A DNA stretch of 49,046 nt. Source: Candidatus Tayloriibacteriota bacterium. Lineage in GTDB: Bacteria > Patescibacteriota > Minisyncoccia > Phycocordibacterales > JACOZD01. Shown one piece after another: positions 43,790-49,046 of this stretch. The DNA lies in the NCBI GenBank assembly GCA_016181525.1, contig JACOZD010000013.1, forward strand, positions 5,960-55,005, given 5' to 3'. Position numbers and translations under genes: made by a program. How positions within the stretch are numbered: position 1 is the stretch's first letter; every line of letters begins with the position of its first letter. The notes under the pieces are model-generated. The model ran no database searches and had not been told where the DNA came from. It saw only the letters and a program-made list of their open reading frames with translations.

Positions 43790-44350
43790 TTAAATCAATC
43801 CCCGTCTTTTCCTCGCTTGAAAAGAGCGGCGTGCCTTTCGGTTGCCGCTTTCCATCACATTATCTTCTTTTGCTCGTGGCACAAAATCTATCTCCTCAAC
43901 CGAAGGAACCCGAAATGACAAAACAGTTTTTCCCTCGGTGTTAGTAACGGCAAAATCACCAAGGCCAATAATATCCATTCCTATTAAAAGTTGGGGTTGT
44001 CGTTCATTTGATGTATTGTCATCTGGAATAAGTTTTACTTCAGTTACACGAACCTGCCCAACCATTACTCCATTTGGCAGTGTGATATTAACAAGATAGG
44101 TATTGTTGATAGATTTACCATCGGCGTGTCTCGTTTCCCGAACACCAGTTGGCTTTAGTCCTAAATCATCCACCACCTTTTTGGTGATGGCAGAGTGGGT
44201 GGCACCGGTATCCCATATCGCAAGATATTTTTTTAACTCAATTTGTTGTGTCTTCGCTTCCTCTTGAGTAAAAGGTAAGCATACGCCAACAGTATTGTGT
44301 AATACTCGTGCTCGGCCGTTATATCGGGTAGTAAAAGCGTGATGTTGCAT
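43790..44350 (-). CDS. Retropepsin-like (clan AA) aspartic protease
   Basis: Active-site motif AIWDTGATHSAI and a downstream LLIGMDIIG. Basic C-terminal tail. AT-rich. Confidence 0.75.
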   Translation of the reverse strand: MQHHAFTTRYNGRARVLHNTVGVCLPFTQEEAKTQQIELKKYLAIWDTGATHSAITKKVVDDLGLKPTGVRETRHADGKSINNTYLVNITLPNGVMVGQVRVTEVKLIPDDNTSNERQPQLLIGMDIIGLGDFAVTNTEGKTVLSFRVPSVEEIDFVPRAKEDNVMESGNRKARRSFQARKRRGLI

Positions 44351-44354
44351 AAGG

Positions 44355-44603
44355 TCAAGAAAGTGCCACCCGCGAGTGAAAGGTCTGGGTGTAGCTTTCT
44401 TGACCCGGGAGAGCTTGTTGAATTAAAAAAGTCCCAAGTTCAAACTTTTTCTTTGCCTCTGTATATGCGTCAATTTCCGTATCATAAACACCCTTCACCT
44501 CTTGGTCTTTGATAACAAGAAACTTGCCCTCATATTTTCTTACGAGTTCCGCTTGATGAGATTTGAAGTATTCAAGCTGTTTTTGGAGATTAGCGTCTGT
44601 CAT
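44355..44603 (-). CDS. Small DUF5678-like protein, translationally adjacent to the protease
   Basis: LVRKYEGKFLVIKDQEVKGVYDTEIDAYTEAKKKF resembles the DUF5678 core (GKWVAI.dgeVv...). There is a 4-nt gap to the protease ATG. Confidence 0.55.
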   Translation of the reverse strand: MTDANLQKQLEYFKSHQAELVRKYEGKFLVIKDQEVKGVYDTEIDAYTEAKKKFELGTFLIQQALPGQESYTQTFHSRVALS

Positions 44604-44654
44604 ATTTAGTTATTTGACTTCACATTGCTTAACATAAGCATAACGCAGATATAA

Positions 44655-44873
44655 AGTATTTGCAATATTAACAGGATAACAATTACCCTAAATTCCAAAG
44701 ATGATACTTATGGCAAAGATTTTATTTACACTTTTGAACTTATACAGCTAAAGTTTGATGAGATTTATAAAAAATACCAAGAACTTGCAAACGAAAAACC
44801 GAAACAAGATACCCCAACTAACCCCGAAAAGATTAGTGAACAAGCCATTGAGGAATTAAACTTAAATTTTTAG
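44655..44873 (+). pseudogene. Start-less 73-codon open frame (possible 3' remnant of a gene)
   Basis: This AT-rich DNA stays open from the TAA at 44652 to the TAG at 44871, with no ATG/GTG/TTG. Protein-like translation ...FELIQLKFDEIYKKYQELANEKPKQDTPTNPEKISEQAIEELNLNF. Confidence 0.25.
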
Positions 44874-46117
44874 CGGGCGCGCAGACGCGCCGCCACCTCG
44901 AGAAAGGTCTGCTCCGAGCCGGCAATAACGAGCGCCTCGGGTTCAGCAAAGGCGTGGAGAAAGATAATCTCGCCCGCCTTGCGCGCCACCCTAGCGTCCG
45001 CGTTGCCGACCACCCGGTCAACGAAGGGGATGGTGGCTGGAACAGGCTCGGAGAGAGCCGGCGCGAGCTCCGGGAGCATATCTTTTTCCCAAAAGAGAGC
45101 GGCGGCGAAGCCGCGGGCGAAGTCCTCAAGGGGGATAATGAGGAAGGCCGAGTTTCGGCCGCCGCCCGAATGGAGACCAAAAAAAACCTCGCCCGTAATA
45201 CCCCGAAGGAGCGACGAGGGAACGGAGGGCGAGAGGAGACGAAGAAGCCGGGCCGAGGAGAGAGGAGAGCCCCGAACCTTTACTTGAAGAGCGGTAACAC
45301 CCAAAGAAAGCGGCTCTGCCTTGAGCCGACCGAGAGAAGTTTCTAGGTCCTCTCCCCTCTCGAGCTCGAGCACTCGGCGGGACTCCGCGGAAATCAAGAG
45401 TGGCCGCTCGAGAACTGGTGGCGGAGCCGGGCGGCGCAGATAAACAAAGGCAGCCAGAGAGACGGCGGCGGCGAAGATGAGAACGCCGGCGGCCAGAAAA
45501 ATTTTTCGGCCGTCGAACTTTGTCTCCCCCTCACCAAGGCCAACCGAAACTCTAGTCTCCGGGGCCTTGGCCTCAATTTGCCTGTCGCTGAACTTTTTCA
45601 GCCGCTCCCCAAAACTTTCTTTTTGCGGGAGAGACGGCGGAGGAGGCGGGGGCGCGGATGGAGGCGGGGGCAAGGGCGGCGGAGGGAGAGGAGGCGGCCT
45701 TAGGCGGGGCGCCGCTTTAAAAGGCACCTTGACGGTGAGCGGCTCGGCGGCGGGCAGATTCACCACCTCATACAATGCTTCGGGAGGAGGCAGGGGCGGC
45801 GAGGAGACGCCAAAGACGGTTCGACCCGGCATGCTCTCCGGCACCGTTCGCGTTTGGCGGATAACATTTTTAAGCTGCTCCTCGGGGAGAGCGGGTGGAG
45901 GGGGTTTTAGAGGCAGGGTTCGAGAGACAGATTGTCTGATAACCTTCGGCGCCTCTGCCCTCTTCATAGCCTCGGCGCGCTTCTCGGTCAGAGCCAGAGA
46001 GACGAGCGAGGCCTTGCCGCTCCTCAAGGCCTCGGCCACATCGCCCGGGTAGGTGCGGATAGCGCGGATGTCGGAGTCCGCCGGCGGCCCGAGAGGAGGC
46101 AGTTTTCTCACGTCCAT
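44870..46117 (-). CDS. Proline-rich single-pass membrane protein of unknown function
   Basis: Start moved to the ATG at 46117 (MDVRKLPPLG), which is preceded by TATAAT plus 6 nt. A PPPLPPPP tract, a TM helix IFLAAGVLIFAAAVSLAAFVYL, and a C-terminal globular domain. Confidence 0.7.
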   Translation of the reverse strand: MDVRKLPPLGPPADSDIRAIRTYPGDVAEALRSGKASLVSLALTEKRAEAMKRAEAPKVIRQSVSRTLPLKPPPPALPEEQLKNVIRQTRTVPESMPGRTVFGVSSPPLPPPEALYEVVNLPAAEPLTVKVPFKAAPRLRPPPLPPPPLPPPPSAPPPPPPSLPQKESFGERLKKFSDRQIEAKAPETRVSVGLGEGETKFDGRKIFLAAGVLIFAAAVSLAAFVYLRRPAPPPVLERPLLISAESRRVLELERGEDLETSLGRLKAEPLSLGVTALQVKVRGSPLSSARLLRLLSPSVPSSLLRGITGEVFFGLHSGGGRNSAFLIIPLEDFARGFAAALFWEKDMLPELAPALSEPVPATIPFVDRVVGNADARVARKAGEIIFLHAFAEPEALVIAGSEQTFLEVAARLRAR

Positions 46118-46180
46118 GAAGATATTATACTTCAATTTGACGCCCAAATTCCCCGAGGACAACCCTTAGAAATCAGGACG

Positions 46181-48103
46181 CTATTTTGAGTTTCTCACAA
46201 AATTGGGGTCGGCCAGCTTGATGGAGAGATTAATGCGGTTTTTTTCGTCTATCTCCTTGACCACTACCGGCACCTTGTCACCCTCTTTGAGAAAGCGGGT
46301 GATTCGGTCAACCCGAAAAGGCGCGACCTCGGAGATGTGAACCATGCCTTCGGCCGTCGGGCCGATTTTGACGAAAGCCCCGAAGTCGAGAATACGGGTA
46401 ACCACGCCCTCATATCTCTCTCCCGGCTTATACTCCTTAGTCAAATCTTCTATGGCCTGCTTGGCTTTCTCGGCCGTCTCTCCTTTGCCGGTGATGTAAA
46501 CCGCGCCGTCATCCTCAATCTCAATTTCGGCCCCGGTGCGCTCGGCAATCTCCTTAATAGTCTTGCCGCCCGAGCCAATAACAAGTCCAATCTGGTCCGG
46601 CCTGACCCGCGTCATGATTATTCTCGGAGCGTTGGGATTAAGAGCGGAACGCGGGGCCGCAATCTCTTTTTCTATAACATCCAGAATCTTGCTCCTTGCG
46701 ACCTTGGCCTTCTCCAAGGCCTCGGTGAGAATCTCTAAAGGCACGCCGTTAACTTTAACGTCGAGCTGGATGGCGGTGATACCCTGCCTCGTGCCCGCCA
46801 CTTTGAAGTCCATGTCGCCGTGGTGGTCCTCCGGCCCCTGAATGTCGGTCAAAATCTTGTAGTGCTTCTCGTCCTTCATCATGAGCCCCATGGCGATGCC
46901 GGCCACCGGCGCGGCAATAGGCACGCCGGCGTCCATGAGGGCGAGCGAGGAGGCGCAGACCGAGCCCATGGAGGTCGAGCCGTTGGAGGAGAGGGCCTCG
47001 GAGACAATGCGGATGGTGTAAGGGAAAGTTTCTTTGGCTGGGATGACCGGCTCGAGGGCCTTCTCGGCCAGGGCCCCGTGACCAATCATCCGACGGTTGG
47101 TGCCCCCCATCCGGCCGACCTCGCCGGAGGAGAAGGGCGGAAAGTTGTAGTGATGCATAAAACGCTTGACTGTCTCCACCTCCATGCCGTCGATTATCTG
47201 GGCGTCCTTGGGAGAGCCGAGAGTCAGAACCGAGAGAATGTGGGTGCCGCCGCGGTAAAAGAGGCCGGAGCCGTGCAGTATCGGCGAGAGGCCGCCGGCC
47301 CGAGCAAAGAGCGGCCGAATGTCATCCTGACCTCGGCCGTCGGGCCGGCGGCCGCGCTCTATGACCTCTCGGTGAACCAGGTCGTTAACCTTCTCCTCGT
47401 AGTGGGAAGCGAGGAGACCGGCGTCTGCGCCGCTTGCGGCCGGGAGGGCCGACTCCTGCCACTCCTGCCCGAACTCTTCAACTTTTTTTGATTTACTCGC
47501 CCCGGCGAAAACGGCCGATTCGAGACGACTCTCGAACTTTTCGGCAAAGAGCTTCTCAAGCTCGGCCGGCAGTTTCGGCGCCGCCAAAACTATCTTGGCT
47601 CTGCCGATCCCGGCAATAATTTTTTTCTGAAACTTCTCGAGTTTATCAATCTCTTTGAGAGCCGATTTCAAGGCCTCGGCTGCCTCATCCTCCGAGACCT
47701 CCTTGGCCCCGACCTCAATCATGTTGATAGAGCCGGCCCGGCCGCAGACCATAAAGTCGCTCCGAGAGTTCTGGCTCTCCCGAAAGTCGTAAGAAGGATT
47801 CAGAACAAACTCCCCGCTTGACGAGAGACCCACCCGAACGGCCCCGACCGGACCATTCCAGGGAATCGGCGAGATCGCGAGCGCGGTTGATGCGGCGAGA
47901 AGCGCAATAAAATCCGGCTCGCTTTCCTCGTCATAGGCAATGACTGTGATAACGATTTGGACATCTCGCCGAAGCGCATGATTAAAAAGCGGCCGCAACG
48001 TTCGATCAATCAACCGGCCGGAAAGAACCGCCAGGGCCGCTAAAAAAAAGAGGATGACTGCCGTCATCCGCTTCTGGATGGTAAATTCAAATTTTCCTTT
48101 CAT
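46181..48103 (-). CDS. pnp: Polyribonucleotide nucleotidyltransferase (PNPase), 5'-truncated; the ORF's N-terminus is not homologous
   Basis: Homology starts at about LSGRLIDRTLRPLF. A second RNase PH domain, a KH domain (GLVIGSGGKTIKEI) and an S1 domain (GVVTRILDFGAFVKI) are present. The first 25 or so codons are read through a terminator hairpin. Confidence 0.85.
   Translation of the reverse strand: MKGKFEFTIQKRMTAVILFFLAALAVLSGRLIDRTLRPLFNHALRRDVQIVITVIAYDEESEPDFIALLAASTALAISPIPWNGPVGAVRVGLSSSGEFVLNPSYDFRESQNSRSDFMVCGRAGSINMIEVGAKEVSEDEAAEALKSALKEIDKLEKFQKKIIAGIGRAKIVLAAPKLPAELEKLFAEKFESRLESAVFAGASKSKKVEEFGQEWQESALPAASGADAGLLASHYEEKVNDLVHREVIERGRRPDGRGQDDIRPLFARAGGLSPILHGSGLFYRGGTHILSVLTLGSPKDAQIIDGMEVETVKRFMHHYNFPPFSSGEVGRMGGTNRRMIGHGALAEKALEPVIPAKETFPYTIRIVSEALSSNGSTSMGSVCASSLALMDAGVPIAAPVAGIAMGLMMKDEKHYKILTDIQGPEDHHGDMDFKVAGTRQGITAIQLDVKVNGVPLEILTEALEKAKVARSKILDVIEKEIAAPRSALNPNAPRIIMTRVRPDQIGLVIGSGGKTIKEIAERTGAEIEIEDDGAVYITGKGETAEKAKQAIEDLTKEYKPGERYEGVVTRILDFGAFVKIGPTAEGMVHISEVAPFRVDRITRFLKEGDKVPVVVKEIDEKNRINLSIKLADPNFVRNSK
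48042..48069 (-). terminator. Canonical intrinsic terminator lying inside the 5' end of the annotated pnp ORF
   Basis: Minus strand reads GGATGAC-GGCA-GTCATCC (48069-48052), then TC, then T8 (48049-48042). It starts 38 nt downstream of the stop at 48107. Confidence 0.75.
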
Positions 48104-48106
48104 GCG

Positions 48107-48487
48107 CTACGGACGTGAAAACGGAAGTGAGGCAGTAACACTTTCTGTTTTCAAATATTTTATGGACGAGATTTTTTCCAGACGCAGCGCGGGCGCAAGT
48201 TCTTTGCCCAGAAGCGAGTTTTGCATTTCAAAGGCAATCGCCTCGCGCGCATACGTTTCCCCGAGTGTGTGAAGCACGCGGCTTTCTTCTTGTATGGCGA
48301 TTCCCAAACCGAACGTCCAGTAGATTGCCGCAATATAGGCCGCCACCGCACCCCCAATAATACCAAGGAGTGCTAACGTAATAAACCCCTTCTTATTCAG
48401 CCCGATAAAAGAACCAAACGAAACATTCCGAAGCCACCCGTTGGCAGGCAAGAGACGACGCGAGTAAGAAAGGGTTGAGGTAGTCAT
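48107..48487 (-). CDS. FtsL-like single-pass membrane protein
   Basis: Start at the ATG at 48487 (MTTSTLSYSRR). TM helix ITLALLGIIGGAVAAYIAAIYW. Lies immediately downstream of rsmH, as in dcw clusters. Confidence 0.5.
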   Translation of the reverse strand: MTTSTLSYSRRLLPANGWLRNVSFGSFIGLNKKGFITLALLGIIGGAVAAYIAAIYWTFGLGIAIQEESRVLHTLGETYAREAIAFEMQNSLLGKELAPALRLEKISSIKYLKTESVTASLPFSRP

Positions 48488-48497
48488 GAAAAATACT

Positions 48498-49046
48498 TTA
48501 TATTTTTTCTGCCGCACGCAGTTTTGCAGACCGCGCACGAGGATTTTTATTGATTTCTACGATATGGGGCTGCAACGGTTTTGGCGTAAGGATGCTGATA
48601 TGCCCGTCTGCGGACTCTTTTTTGAAAAAATTCTTTACGATTCGGTCTTCCAGCGAGTGAAATGAAATTACGATAATCTTCCCTTTGGGCTTAAGAACCG
48701 CGACCGCATCACCCAGGGCACTCGCAATATTCTCAAACTCTTTATTTACTGCGATGCGAAGCGCCTGGAAGGTTCGGGTCGCCGGATGAATCTTTCCTAC
48801 TCTTCTCGGGACACATTTTTGAATAATCTCCGCAAGTTCGTTTGCCTTGGTAATTTTTTTACGTGTACGGGCAGCAACGATCCCTGCGGCAATTCTCTTG
48901 GCGTTTCGTTCCTCTCCATACTCCCAAAGTAAAGTTCCGATTGCGTTCTTCGACCAGCGATTAACAATTTCTGCTGCGCTAATGCCGTCACTTGCGGTAT
49001 GATATCGCATGTCAAGCGGTTCATCTTTTAAAAACGAAAACCCTCG
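48498..49046 (-). CDS. rsmH: 16S rRNA (cytosine1402-N4)-methyltransferase RsmH, 5' end off-window
   Basis: The frame stays open to the right edge (RGFSFLKDEPLDMRYH...). FHSLEDR motif and a C-terminal NPRARSAKLR. Confidence 0.9.
   Translation of the reverse strand, partial: RGFSFLKDEPLDMRYHTASDGISAAEIVNRWSKNAIGTLLWEYGEERNAKRIAAGIVAARTRKKITKANELAEIIQKCVPRRVGKIHPATRTFQALRIAVNKEFENIASALGDAVAVLKPKGKIIVISFHSLEDRIVKNFFKKESADGHISILTPKPLQPHIVEINKNPRARSAKLRAAEKI

Noticed and set aside
46820-47491. 223-aa plus-strand ORF
   Set aside because: It is antisense to pnp.
1-49046. tRNA, rRNA, tmRNA, SRP RNA and RNase P RNA
   Set aside because: I scanned the intergenic regions for the T-loop GTTCGAATC-type motif and the SRP GGAA/AGCA motifs and recognised none. 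All sizeable spacers are accounted for above.

Overview
No database search or computation was run. All calls come from reading the ORF translations and the DNA by eye.

The window is gene-dense and mostly GC-rich by eye. Shine-Dalgarno sequences are rare. It looks like a chromosome segment of a reduced-genome bacterium of the Candidate Phyla Radiation / Patescibacteria type (Parcubacteria-like); that assignment is an inference from gene content.

Housekeeping genes:
- Fe/Mn superoxide dismutase, comEC, rnhA, recJ and a HIT protein
- pgk, tpiA, nusA and the membrane pyrophosphatase hppA
- a trigger factor without its PPIase domain, clpP, rny, rsmA and uvrD/pcrA
- comM/yifB, a DksA-like protein, pnp, an FtsL-like protein and rsmH

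Accessory content interleaved with them:
1. A type IV pilus operon (pilB, pilC, three prepilin-type proteins and a PilX-like protein). It is preceded by secreted repeat and glycine-rich surface proteins.
2. An 11-kb type IV secretion-like cluster of the Gram-positive/CPR type, with no relaxase in the window. Its VirB4 is interrupted by one in-frame TGA.
3. Three AT-rich insertions:
   - an IS200/RAYT-type Y1 transposase flanked by identical palindromes
   - a winged-helix regulator
   - a 1.1-kb island carrying a retropepsin-like protease, a small DUF5678-like protein and a gene remnant

Features beyond the genes:
- A perfectly conserved palindrome family, ATGAGGTGWCACCTCAT. It brackets the secretion cluster, and one copy sits in-frame inside a CDS.
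- A second short intergenic repeat family.
- A paralogous surface-protein pair that shares a 99-bp identical 5' cassette. One copy is frameshifted.
- -10 boxes lying 6-9 nt upstream of at least 18 start codons, which implies leaderless mRNAs.
- A structured leader with a terminator upstream of a LysM-M23 peptidase gene.
- A composition and synteny break at about 48040-48105 that truncates pnp. This may be an assembly chimera.

No rRNA, tRNA or CRISPR array was seen.
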